From contig CAZUNO010000004.1 of assembly GCA_964621445.1 (NCBI GenBank), positions 64,001 through 128,000 on the forward strand: a stretch of DNA of 64,000 nt, read 5' to 3'. A model generated the notes under the pieces. The model did no database searches. It saw only the letters and a program-made list of their open reading frames with translations, and had not been told where the DNA came from. Source of the stretch: Candidatus Hadarchaeota archaeon. GTDB taxonomy: Archaea > CAYQAE01 > CAYVLA01. Both the position numbers and the translations under genes were made by a program. Shown here in pieces: positions 54,516 through 64,000 of the stretch; position 1 is the stretch's first letter; the number at the start of each line of letters is the position of its first letter.

Positions 54516-57197
54516 ATGGGCTTACTTGGCCGATTCGGAAAAGCCGTGGTTAGCCACCCCAAAGCCATCATCATAATAATTCTGACCTTCACCGCAGTAA
54601 TGGGTTACTTCGCCACCCAGGTGGAATTCTCATCCAGCGAGGAGGATTTTCAGCCCGAGGACGAGATTGGGATGGCAAATAGAAGGGTCCAGGAGAAATT
54701 CGGGGCCCAGCAGATTTCAGTTAACGTCCTTTTTTTCTCAAATGATAACGCCATAGATCGAGCATCGCTTCTTGCCCAGCTGGCATTTCGACAGAGAATT
54801 TTAAATGACACCGAAATCAAGAGCTCCCTAGCCACTACATCCGACAACCCCTCGGGCATGAATTCCGTCGTGGACCTGGTATGTCGAGCGGCTTTCATGA
54901 CGGAACTGTTCGGCGAGTTTGAAGAACTATTCTCGAATGGAGAAGGATCCTCGGGCCCCCCGCCAGGAGTATTCGGGCAGGTCACTGAGCGTGCGTCGAA
55001 TCTCTCCGACCAGGAGCGGAGATCAATCCTCGAAGGAGGCTCATTTGAGGTAAACTTCCAGGGCATGCCCCTGCCCATCACCGTCGATTTTAAGCCCTAC
55101 CGTCCTTCCCTTCTTCCGACATATCTTGAGAACACTCCTTACGAGGATATCATCACCTTTCTTCTATCTAAGGATTATGAGAAAGGGGGAACCACGGCCA
55201 AAGATGCCCTGTTCAGCGTCTTGCTTAAGGGTTCCCTGGATTCCGAGAGGGCCCTTTCAGTTGAGGAAAGAATTCAAACCATTGCCAATGATATTGGCTC
55301 CTCCAAGGATTTCCTGGATATCAGGGTGCTGGGCGATGAGTTGACAAGCCAGGTCATAAGCGAGGCTTCAGGGCGGACAACGGGCATACTGATGTCCTTA
55401 GCTTTGCTTTCTGTGGTGGTTACCTTAATGATCGTGTATAGGAGCTTCACTGACACGGCATTGAATATAATCACCCTGATTTTTGCGGTGATATGGGTAT
55501 TTGGCCTCAGCGTTTTGCTTGGGTATAGATTCAACCCTGCCATCACCGCGGTTCCCGTATTGATCATCGGGTTGGGGATTGATTACGGAATACATCTCAC
55601 CAATCGGTATAAAGAAGAGCTTAGAGGGGGAAAGAAGGTGAAACAGGCCTGGATGGTTAGTGAATCCTCGGTTGGATTTGCTATCCTCCTCACCACCATT
55701 ACCACCCTTCTCGGTTTTATGAGCAACATCACATCTTCGGTCGCCTCGGTGAGACACTTCGGCATACTTTCTGCCTCGGGGGTGGTAAGCGCTTTCATCT
55801 TGATGGTCACATTCCTACCTGCAACAAAGGCCATATTGGACGGTCGAAAGGAGAGATCGGGTGAGCAGGTAGTCAAGGAGAAGAAGGATGCGGATGGTGG
55901 GTGGGGTTTTGCCAGGAAAAAAGTTGAGGCCGAAAGACCCGAGATGTTGGACGAGATGGTCTGTGCGTCGGGACCTGCCTGTATAAACAAGGGATTGGGT
56001 GCCGGGGCAATCATAGCACGTCATCCAATTATCATTTTGTCGATAGTGGCATTGATCACCGGGATTGCGGTTCTGGGAGCTGTTCAACTGGAGCCAAGAT
56101 TTGATTTCCGTGACTTTCTTCCCCGTGGGCTTGAGGTATCTGAAACCTTCGATCGTTTCTTCAGCGACTTCAACTTCAGTGGCGAATTGGTATATGTTCT
56201 GGTAGAGGGCGGGGTAACCAACCCCCAGGTTCTGGAATCGCTGTCGGCGGTGGAGGGGAGAGCAAGCGAAAGTCCATTCACCAGCCCAACCAGCCCGATT
56301 GAATCACCCCTAGAACTGGCAAGGGGGCTTGCGGACCCGAGTTCTTACCAGTATGATCCGGATGTTGCCCGGTTCTGGAGCGAACGAATTGATGAGGACG
56401 GAGATGGAACTCCGGACGATGATTTGAAGGAAAGGGAAGTGGAGGAGCTTTATGAGCTGCTTTATGAAAAGGATGAGTCCCAGTCACGAAGGGTTCTTCA
56501 CCGCTCGGGCTCCGGATTTGACTCTGTCTTGGTGAGGATACCCGTGAAGAGCACTTCCGGAGATGAAGTCCTGACCCTGGCGGAAGATATGAAGTCGGCC
56601 GCCGATCCCCTGGAAGAGCTCCAGGGAGAGGTTAACAGGGTAACCGTTACTGGGTCCCCAATTATCTCGGCGGTCACTCTGGAATCAATTGACACCGATT
56701 TCGTTCGTTCGGTGCTAATCACCTTTGCCGTTTCCCTGCTAATCCTAACCATCATCTATCTTCGCATTAGGAGGGCGATGCTTCTGGGTGCTGTAGCATT
56801 GATTCCTCTAACTTTTGTCATTGCCTGGGGAGCTGGAACCATGTACTATGCCTCCATACCACTAAACGTGGTAACGGTAACTATACTGGCCATTACCGTA
56901 GGGCTGGGAATCGACTACGGCATACATGTAACAGAACGCTTTTTGGAGGAATTGGATAGACTTGGTGATCCTGATTGCGCTCTCTGTGTTGCCGTAAACC
57001 ACACGGGTAGTTCCCTTTTTGGCTCTGCAACCACCACGGTTATCGGTTTCGGAATTCTATCGCTGTCCATAATCCCTCCGCTTGCCCAGTTTGGAGTGAT
57101 TACCGCAATTACCGTATCCTTTGCATTTCTATCCTCGGTGTTCGTTCTACCCACTTTCCTCAGGCTCTGGTACATACTGGGACCGGGCAGGGAGTAG
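54516..57197 (+). CDS. RND/MMPL-family exporter (HAE3-like)
   Basis: Two repeats, each with GLGIDYGIH and a large extracellular loop; about 12 TM helices. Confidence 0.92.
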   Translation: MGLLGRFGKAVVSHPKAIIIIILTFTAVMGYFATQVEFSSSEEDFQPEDEIGMANRRVQEKFGAQQISVNVLFFSNDNAIDRASLLAQLAFRQRILNDTEIKSSLATTSDNPSGMNSVVDLVCRAAFMTELFGEFEELFSNGEGSSGPPPGVFGQVTERASNLSDQERRSILEGGSFEVNFQGMPLPITVDFKPYRPSLLPTYLENTPYEDIITFLLSKDYEKGGTTAKDALFSVLLKGSLDSERALSVEERIQTIANDIGSSKDFLDIRVLGDELTSQVISEASGRTTGILMSLALLSVVVTLMIVYRSFTDTALNIITLIFAVIWVFGLSVLLGYRFNPAITAVPVLIIGLGIDYGIHLTNRYKEELRGGKKVKQAWMVSESSVGFAILLTTITTLLGFMSNITSSVASVRHFGILSASGVVSAFILMVTFLPATKAILDGRKERSGEQVVKEKKDADGGWGFARKKVEAERPEMLDEMVCASGPACINKGLGAGAIIARHPIIILSIVALITGIAVLGAVQLEPRFDFRDFLPRGLEVSETFDRFFSDFNFSGELVYVLVEGGVTNPQVLESLSAVEGRASESPFTSPTSPIESPLELARGLADPSSYQYDPDVARFWSERIDEDGDGTPDDDLKEREVEELYELLYEKDESQSRRVLHRSGSGFDSVLVRIPVKSTSGDEVLTLAEDMKSAADPLEELQGEVNRVTVTGSPIISAVTLESIDTDFVRSVLITFAVSLLILTIIYLRIRRAMLLGAVALIPLTFVIAWGAGTMYYASIPLNVVTVTILAITVGLGIDYGIHVTERFLEELDRLGDPDCALCVAVNHTGSSLFGSATTTVIGFGILSLSIIPPLAQFGVITAITVSFAFLSSVFVLPTFLRLWYILGPGRE

Positions 57198-57221
57198 TGA
57201 AAACCCTCTAATTGCGGATAA

Positions 57222-58427
57222 TTATTTTTTCCAGAAGTCTGCCGGCATGGTTTCCGGCTCGCCCTCCAGTTCAAGCTCCACCACGGTGTCCTTGGGGTCC
57301 GGGGCCTCCTGGGGAAGACCCTTAACGAAGGCTCTGTCCGCGGATTGTTCCACATCCAGCTCCCGTCCAGAGGCAAGCATCCGGGCTCCTGTTATCCGGT
57401 TTTTTATACCCGCCAGAGTCATCTCGGTTCCTGGCCAGCACGTGATGTGGATATAGACTTTATTTCCCTTGGCCGTAACATGTCCCACATGCCGCTGGGA
57501 AAAGGGAGCCGATCCTGCGCCGTAAATCGACTCCTGGTTTACCTTGATCCAGTCACCGATTTCCCTCAGCCTCCTTGCCTGGAGCTGTGGAATCGTCCCG
57601 TCGGCCTTCGGCCCCACGTTTAGGAGAAAGTTCCCGTTTCCCGAGACACATTTGACCAGATTTCTGACCAGCTGCATGGATGATTTTAAATTAGGATCTC
57701 CTGGGTGATAGCCCCACCAGAGATCATCCATGGTCATGCAGCTTTCCCAGGGCCTGTTTTTCCCCTCGATTTTCTGTTCCGGGGTCTCCAAATCCCCGGG
57801 AATGCCCGAACGATTATTGATTATGATATCCGGCTGAAGAGATCTGACCCGGTTATTTAGTTCCTCAGCCCTCCAGTCCTCTGCCGTGTGGGGCCAGGAG
57901 CCATCATACCACAGTATATCTATCCTATCATACTTGGTCATCAGCTCTTCTACCTGGGCATGGACATAATCAACAAACTCCCTCCATCCCTGGGGATCCT
58001 TTTCTGGCCCTTTCCAGTATGCCGGCCATCTCCAGTCAAGAAGAGAATAATAGAAGCCGATACGCATATCAGCTTCCCTACACGCATCGACGTACTCCGA
58101 TATGAAGTCACGGCCGGAAGCCATCTTGGGAGCAGTGAAGTCCGAAACGTCGCTGTCCCAAAGCGAAAAACCGTCATGATGCCTTGTTGTCAGCACAATG
58201 TATTTCATACCTGCATTCTTGGCCTTTGATACCCATTCTGTTGCATCAAAATTCTGGGGATCAAACCTATGGGCGAGCTTAGCATATTCGGATTTAGGTA
58301 TTCTCTCGCATTGCATAATCCACTCGCCGCGAGCTGGAATAGCATATAGCCCCCAGTGTATAAACATACCAAACCTGGCCTTGGTCCACCATTTCATCCT
58401 TTCCGGAACCTCGTATTCATCTGCCAT
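57222..58427 (-). CDS. Alpha-L-fucosidase (GH29)
   Basis: ARFGMFIHWGLY, TTRHHDGFSLW, ILWYDG, IINNR, WESCMT and LLNVGP. Confidence 0.93.
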   Translation of the reverse strand: MADEYEVPERMKWWTKARFGMFIHWGLYAIPARGEWIMQCERIPKSEYAKLAHRFDPQNFDATEWVSKAKNAGMKYIVLTTRHHDGFSLWDSDVSDFTAPKMASGRDFISEYVDACREADMRIGFYYSLLDWRWPAYWKGPEKDPQGWREFVDYVHAQVEELMTKYDRIDILWYDGSWPHTAEDWRAEELNNRVRSLQPDIIINNRSGIPGDLETPEQKIEGKNRPWESCMTMDDLWWGYHPGDPNLKSSMQLVRNLVKCVSGNGNFLLNVGPKADGTIPQLQARRLREIGDWIKVNQESIYGAGSAPFSQRHVGHVTAKGNKVYIHITCWPGTEMTLAGIKNRITGARMLASGRELDVEQSADRAFVKGLPQEAPDPKDTVVELELEGEPETMPADFWKK

Positions 58428-58674
58428 ATCATCAACCTATCTCCCATTCTTCCTTGAGTCGGTCTGAAGAAAATGGGTTTTCGAATTGGGTGAAAAAACG
58501 AGTTGACTTAAAAATCATGCGGAACCAAAAGCAAACAAGCACCCCAAAGTTGCTTTATTCATTATGTTAGCTTATGTTAACCGCACTCATCAAATGCCCT
58601 AATTGAGGATTCGGTGCGCCCCGTATCTCCTTTACCCTTCAAACCTGCACCAATTCGGGAAAATGTCAACTAGC

Positions 58675-61356
58675 TCAATCAGCTAGCTCCTTGTACAACT
58701 GGCCGATAATCAGTACAACCGAACTCAGTGCGAATATCAATAGCCAGCCGAGGTTACCTGGGTCCGTTGTCCTGAGAACCATGGCCAAGGGTGGGAGATA
58801 AACGGCGGCGAATAGAAGCCCCGTACACAGGGCGAGCGAGCCCCAGATATAGATATTCTGGGTCAACTCATTTCGCAAAATTCCAGTTCCCTTTCCCCTC
58901 ATGTTGAATACATGCCAGAGCTGGGCAAAAGCCAAGGTCAGGAATGATGCCGTAACGGCCTGGGATTCACTCATTCCTAACCAGGACAAGCCCATAAACA
59001 GGATCATCAAAACGGAGACGGTTATGATGGACCCATAACCGGATATTCCCATCCATGCAGAACGGGGGAGTATGGGCTCCTCGGGGTCTCGAGGTTTTCT
59101 CTCCATGATATTGGGGTGACCGGATCCCGTTGCCATGGCCAGGGCCGGGAATATATCGGTCACCAGGTTAAGGAAAAGTATCTGGAGGGGTAGTATCGGT
59201 AGCGGTGCGTTGGCGATTGAGGCCAGGCCAACTACCATGATCTCGCTAAGGTTGCAGGAGAGAAGAAAATAAACCACCTTCCTTATGTTGTCGAATATGA
59301 CCCTCCCCTGCTCCACCGCGGTGGCAATTGTGGAGAAGGAATCGTCCTCCAGAATCATGTCAGCCGCCTCCCTGGCGACCTGGGTTCCCCTTTGCCCCAT
59401 GGCCACCCCTATATCGGCTTCCTTTAGTGCGGGTGCATCGTTGACACCGTCTCCGGTCATTGCCACTATGGAACCATTTTTCTGGTGTATATCGATGAGA
59501 TCAAGCTTTTGTTTGGGATCCACTCTGGCGAACACCGAGGTATTAAGAATCTCACTCCGTCCTTCAGATGGCGTGTCAGCCAGCTCCTTTAACCTCTGAC
59601 CACTCATTACTGGGTCAGAAGGCCCCGAGAGCCCGACCTGGACTGCGATATTGCGCGCGGTTACTGCCTGGTCCCCGGTGACCATTATCACTCGAATCCC
59701 GGCCTTCTTGCAGGATTGGATGGAGGCCTTAACCTCCTTTCTCGGAGGATCCTCCAGGCCCACCAAGGCTATGAAATTCAGGTCCTCGTACGGTTCAACT
59801 CCCGGATCCCGGACCTCCTTTTGAGCCAGGGCCAGAACCCGCAATCCGGACTCCGCCATCCTTCTATTTTCCTCCAGAAGTTCCTCGGAATCCTTAGGGT
59901 CCAGAGTATGAGCCCCCTCTTCCGAGATATAACCCGAACAGACCTTTATTACCTCCTCCGGAGCGCCCTTGACAGCCACTCGATAGTTGGAGTTCATCCT
60001 ATGATAGGTGGCCATCATCTTAGTGCTTGAGTCAAATGCCTCCTCCCTCTCCTCCGGTAGCCTTTCTATCAGGTCATCTCGCTCTATCCCTGCTTTGGAG
60101 GCCGCTGACAGTAAGGCGATTTCCATTGGGTCCCCCACTGACTTTCCCTCGGGGCCTAGGGTGGCATTGTTACAGAGAGCTGCCACCTCAAATCCAGCTC
60201 TGAGAACGGATTTCTCATCTATCTCCATTATCCCCTCATCCTCACTAGGAATGGAGAAGTCCTCGCTTTTCGATGAAAGATTGGTCACCGTCATCCGATT
60301 TTCGGTTAGCGTGCCCGTCTTATCGGTGCATATTACGGTGGTCGCTCCCAGGGTTTCGACTGCAGACAGCCTGTTGATAAGGGCATTTTTCCGGGCCATT
60401 CTTAACATGCCCCGGGCCAGGGCTATGGTGGCCACTATGGGAAGTCCCTCGGGAACCGTGGCCACGGCGAGAGCAATGCCCGTTTCAATCATCAGGAACA
60501 GCTCTCTACCCGCTAAGAGCCCTGATACGGTAACTAGGGCGGCAACGACTACGGTCACCCATACTAGCTTTCTTCCCAGTCCCTGCAGGCGTTTTTCTAG
60601 CGGGGTTATTTCCTTCTCCGCGGTGGCAACCAGCGATGAGATCTTCCCCAGTTCGGTATCCATACCGGTATTCACCACCACCCCCGTACCACTCCCCCTG
60701 GTTACCGCCGTTCCCTTGAACAGCATGCTAGCTCTTTCGGCTAGTGGAACTTCTCTATCAACCGGTTGACTTTGCTTGCCAACGGGAAGAGATTCGCCGG
60801 TAAGTGTTGATTCATCCGCCTCCATCCTGGATGTTTCCAACAGCCTAAGGTCGGCGGATATAACGTCGCCTCCTTCCAGTATAACGATGTCGCCTGGAAC
60901 CAGATCTTCAGCAGAGATTTCCTGAACCGAGCCATCCCGACGTACCTTTGTGGAAACCGTGCCCAGGCGCCTTAAGGCCTCCATGGATCGAATTGCCCTA
61001 AGCTCGGTCACAAACCCGATTATTCCGTTAATCAGAATGACGGCAAGGATGGCGATGCCCTCCAGGTTCTCCCCAAACAGAAACGACAGACCAGCAGCCA
61101 CTGCCAAAAGAACTACTATCAGACTTTTAAACTGATGAAGAAGTACGCTCCACCAGGGTTCCTTTTCCGCCTCCTCCAGATGGTTGGGTCCGAATATCCT
61201 ACTGCGACGAGATGCCTCTGCGCTTGAGAGGCCTTCCTTTGGATCAACCACCAAGTCGTCGAGTAGAGATTCACTATCCTCGGACCACGGAAATTGTGGT
61301 ACTGAAGGCCGTTGGTTTTCGCCTGAATTGGCCACGAAGCTTCCAGGCGGGTTCAA
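58675..61356 (-). CDS. Cation-transporting P-type ATPase (type IIA, Ca2+-like)
   Basis: TGES, VPEGL, DKTGTLT, KGAPE, DPPR, TGDGVNDAP and NLVTD. Confidence 0.95.
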   Translation of the reverse strand: MNPPGSFVANSGENQRPSVPQFPWSEDSESLLDDLVVDPKEGLSSAEASRRSRIFGPNHLEEAEKEPWWSVLLHQFKSLIVVLLAVAAGLSFLFGENLEGIAILAVILINGIIGFVTELRAIRSMEALRRLGTVSTKVRRDGSVQEISAEDLVPGDIVILEGGDVISADLRLLETSRMEADESTLTGESLPVGKQSQPVDREVPLAERASMLFKGTAVTRGSGTGVVVNTGMDTELGKISSLVATAEKEITPLEKRLQGLGRKLVWVTVVVAALVTVSGLLAGRELFLMIETGIALAVATVPEGLPIVATIALARGMLRMARKNALINRLSAVETLGATTVICTDKTGTLTENRMTVTNLSSKSEDFSIPSEDEGIMEIDEKSVLRAGFEVAALCNNATLGPEGKSVGDPMEIALLSAASKAGIERDDLIERLPEEREEAFDSSTKMMATYHRMNSNYRVAVKGAPEEVIKVCSGYISEEGAHTLDPKDSEELLEENRRMAESGLRVLALAQKEVRDPGVEPYEDLNFIALVGLEDPPRKEVKASIQSCKKAGIRVIMVTGDQAVTARNIAVQVGLSGPSDPVMSGQRLKELADTPSEGRSEILNTSVFARVDPKQKLDLIDIHQKNGSIVAMTGDGVNDAPALKEADIGVAMGQRGTQVAREAADMILEDDSFSTIATAVEQGRVIFDNIRKVVYFLLSCNLSEIMVVGLASIANAPLPILPLQILFLNLVTDIFPALAMATGSGHPNIMERKPRDPEEPILPRSAWMGISGYGSIITVSVLMILFMGLSWLGMSESQAVTASFLTLAFAQLWHVFNMRGKGTGILRNELTQNIYIWGSLALCTGLLFAAVYLPPLAMVLRTTDPGNLGWLLIFALSSVVLIIGQLYKELAD

Positions 61357-61476
61357 GTCTTAAATCTTCCATGGATCATTGAACTCATCGTTTTGAGCGT
61401 GGGGCCGATTATGACAAAGATCTGAAAATCCAATAGTATGTTTTAAACCCCGCTAATATCCAACCAAGGTACGATC

Positions 61477-63468
61477 ATGAAGCGGGATCATGACCACCAA
61501 AAGGAGAAGCATCAGGATCATCACCGGATGATGAAGGACTTCAGGAGAAGATTCTGGATCTCCTTGATCCTCACGGTTCCCATACTCGCATTGTCCCCCA
61601 TGATACAATCCTTCCTGGGGATTGAAGGGGCAATCTCGTTTCCAGGGGACAGCTTTGTACTGCTGGGGCTTTCGGTGTTGGTTTTTTTCTACGGCGGATG
61701 GCCGTTTCTTTCCGGCATAGTTAGAGAACTCAGGCAGAAGCAGCCCGGAATGATGACCCTTATCGCCGTGGCAATAATTGTTGCCTTCATCTACAGCGCT
61801 GCGGTGGTTCTGGGCATTCCTGGTAGGTTCTTCTTCTGGGAGTTAGCCACTCTAATCGACGTTATGTTACTTGGGCATTGGGTGGAAATGAAATCGGTAA
61901 TGAGCGCCTCCAATGCTCTTGAGGAACTGGTCAAACTAATGCCCTCCAAGGCCCACAGGTTGAAGGAGGATGGATCCACGGAAGATGTGGATATCGAGGA
62001 GCTTACGAGAGAGGACAAAGTCAGGGTTAAACCGGGAGAAAAGTTCCCTACCGACGGTAAGATATCCGAGGGGGAGACCACGGTAAATGAATCCATGTTA
62101 ACCGGGGAGTCGAAACCTGTGGCAAAGGAGCCCGGCGACGAGGTGATAGGCGGATCGGTAAACAATGAGGGGGTGGTTACCGTTGTGGTCGAGAAGACCG
62201 GTGAGGAGACATTTCTTTCCCAGATCATTGAAATGGTTGAAGATGCTCAAGAGAGCAAATCGAGAGCACAGGACCTTGCCAACAGAGCGGCCTTCTTGTT
62301 GGTAGTCGTCGCTCTTTCAGTGGGATTCGTAACCCTAGCAGCCTGGCTCTGGGCGGGTAAGGATTTCGTCTACGCGCTTGAGAGATCGGTAACGGTAATG
62401 GTAATAACCTGCCCGCATGCGCTTGGCCTCGCGGTACCCCTAGTCATCGCCACCATAACCGCACTGGGGGCAAGGGAGGGCCTTCTAATACGTAACAGAA
62501 CCCCCTTCGAGAAGGCACGTGAACTAGCAGCCATCGTATTCGACAAAACCGGAACCCTGACCGAAGGTCGCTTCGGAGTTGAGGACATCCTATCCTGGGG
62601 AAGGGAGAAATCCGAGATAATTCAACTCGCCGCATCCGTGGAAAATCTATCCGAGCATCCGATAGCACAGGGAATATTGAACGAGGCCCAAAGGCGAGAG
62701 CTTGAGGTTCTGGAGGCAAACGATTTCAAGGCCATGAAAGGAAAAGGCGTTGTAGCCAGCATAAAAGGAAAGGAGATTTCGGTTGTTTCGGAAAAATATC
62801 TCCAGGAGAAGGACATCGAGATACCTGACAGCGAGAATGGAATTGAAAGTGGGGGCAGAAGTATCGTGTATGTCCTGGAAAATGGTACTCCAATTGGCTG
62901 CTTGGCTTTGGGCGATGTGGTCAGGGGAGAATCAAAGGAGGCCATTCGGAGACTGAAGGAGATGGGACTAAGATGCATGATGATGACCGGGGACACCGAG
63001 GAGGTTGCCAGATCGGTGGCCGGAGAACTGGGTCTGGATGAATATTTTGCAGAGGTTCTACCTGACGAGAAATCACGAAGAATCCAGGATATCCAGCAGC
63101 GAGGGCTTTCAGTTGCCATGACCGGAGACGGGGTTAACGATGCACCTGCCCTGGCCAGGGCGGATCTTGGTATCGCTATCGGGGCTGGAACCGATGTGGC
63201 CATTGAAACTGCTGATGTAGTTCTGGTCAAGAACGATCCCAGGGATGTGGTTAGCGTCATTAACCTCTCCAAGACATCATATAGCAAGACCCTACAGAAC
63301 CTATTGTGGGCAACCGGTTACAATGTAATAGCCATCCCCCTGGCCGCAGGTGTTCTTGCCTCGGCAAATATAATACTCAGTCCCGCTGCCGGTGCCATGC
63401 TAATGTCAGTTAGCACGGTCATCGTGGCCATTAACGCGAAATTGATTAAGGGTCCGGATGGTTCCTAA
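61477..63468 (+). CDS. copB: Copper-translocating P1B ATPase (CopB type)
   Basis: His-rich N-terminus, CPHALGLA, DKTGTLT, SEHP, GDGVNDAP, YN and MSVS. Confidence 0.92.
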   Translation: MKRDHDHQKEKHQDHHRMMKDFRRRFWISLILTVPILALSPMIQSFLGIEGAISFPGDSFVLLGLSVLVFFYGGWPFLSGIVRELRQKQPGMMTLIAVAIIVAFIYSAAVVLGIPGRFFFWELATLIDVMLLGHWVEMKSVMSASNALEELVKLMPSKAHRLKEDGSTEDVDIEELTREDKVRVKPGEKFPTDGKISEGETTVNESMLTGESKPVAKEPGDEVIGGSVNNEGVVTVVVEKTGEETFLSQIIEMVEDAQESKSRAQDLANRAAFLLVVVALSVGFVTLAAWLWAGKDFVYALERSVTVMVITCPHALGLAVPLVIATITALGAREGLLIRNRTPFEKARELAAIVFDKTGTLTEGRFGVEDILSWGREKSEIIQLAASVENLSEHPIAQGILNEAQRRELEVLEANDFKAMKGKGVVASIKGKEISVVSEKYLQEKDIEIPDSENGIESGGRSIVYVLENGTPIGCLALGDVVRGESKEAIRRLKEMGLRCMMMTGDTEEVARSVAGELGLDEYFAEVLPDEKSRRIQDIQQRGLSVAMTGDGVNDAPALARADLGIAIGAGTDVAIETADVVLVKNDPRDVVSVINLSKTSYSKTLQNLLWATGYNVIAIPLAAGVLASANIILSPAAGAMLMSVSTVIVAINAKLIKGPDGS

Positions 63469-63507
63469 ATCGCTTGCTAACATAAATGACCATCAGGAAG
63501 GAAACCG

Positions 63508-64000
63508 ATGAAAATTTTTGAAGACGTAACACAGGTTATCGGTGATACGCCATTAATCAAACTGCAGAAGGTTGCCGCCGAATCAAAGGGAACCATACTG
63601 GCAAAGCTGGAAAGCATGAATCCATTGGGTTCTATTAAGGAAAGGATAGCCCTTTCCATGATTCACGAGGCAGAGGCCAACGGGAAATTGAGCCCTGGGG
63701 ACACGGTGATAGAGCCCACAAGTGGGAACACTGGGATTGGTCTTGCCCTTGTCTGTGCCGTGCGGGGATATGATTGCATTCTTGTCATGCCAGAAACGGT
63801 AAGCGAGGAAAGAAAAAAGGTATTGAGTGCACTGGGCGCTGAGATCATATTGACACCACCTGGGAAGGGGATGAAGGACTGTATCTCCATGGTCGAGGGT
63901 CTGGTTCGTGAGAATGAGATGTACGTCTTCCTGAACCAGTTCACCAATCCCGCGAATCCGAGGGCCCACAAGGAAAAAACGGGGATGGAGATATGGAGGG
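63508..64000 (+). CDS. cysK: Cysteine synthase A, runs off the window end (not in ORF track)
   Basis: Hand translation MKIFEDVTQVIGDTPLIKL...AKLESMNPLGSIKERIA...EPTSGNTGIGLA...NQFTNPANP. Confidence 0.92.
   Translation, partial: MKIFEDVTQVIGDTPLIKLQKVAAESKGTILAKLESMNPLGSIKERIALSMIHEAEANGKLSPGDTVIEPTSGNTGIGLALVCAVRGYDCILVMPETVSEERKKVLSALGAEIILTPPGKGMKDCISMVEGLVRENEMYVFLNQFTNPANPRAHKEKTGMEIWR

Noticed and set aside
1-64000. CRISPR array, tRNA/rRNA genes, IS elements
   Set aside because: No spaced repeats, cloverleafs, rRNA-like tracts or transposase motifs were noticed by eye, and intergenic gaps are short. A covariance search was not run.

Overview
This window looks like archaeal chromosomal DNA. 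The inference rests on TTTA(A/T)ATA boxes about 30-50 nt upstream of starts, GGAGGTGA/GGTGA ribosome-binding sites, a PEF-CTERM-like sorting signal, dense N-glycosylation sequons and a stand-alone LigD phosphoesterase. The lineage cannot be assigned from sequence alone. The main feature is a capsid-less contractile-tail / contractile injection system (CIS) locus at about 37.7-50.8 kb. Its 13-gene minus-strand operon encodes sheath, tube, a tail-assembly chaperone pair joined by an A9 -1 slippery site, a tape-measure-like protein, tube initiator, hub, spike, gp25, baseplate J and I, and two accessory genes. It converges on a plus-strand unit encoding a membrane-anchored Ig/zinc-ribbon protein, PAAR and a 2H phosphoesterase. 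No head, terminase, integrase, lysis or AAA-ATPase gene is present in the window. The rest holds a VapBC pair, two ABC-2 exporters, an Fpg/DUF72/LigD-PE repair trio, NrdJ plus CobA, several glycan/ester hydrolases (GH116, GH29, a propeller GH, ASST, a phosphodiesterase, an MBL), an RND exporter, two P-type ATPases and a partial cysK. There are three disrupted genes, two paralogues of an unknown membrane-anchored family, a stand-alone RyR-like domain and a 38-aa basic ORF missed by the ORF track. All product calls come from motif recognition by eye; no database search was run.
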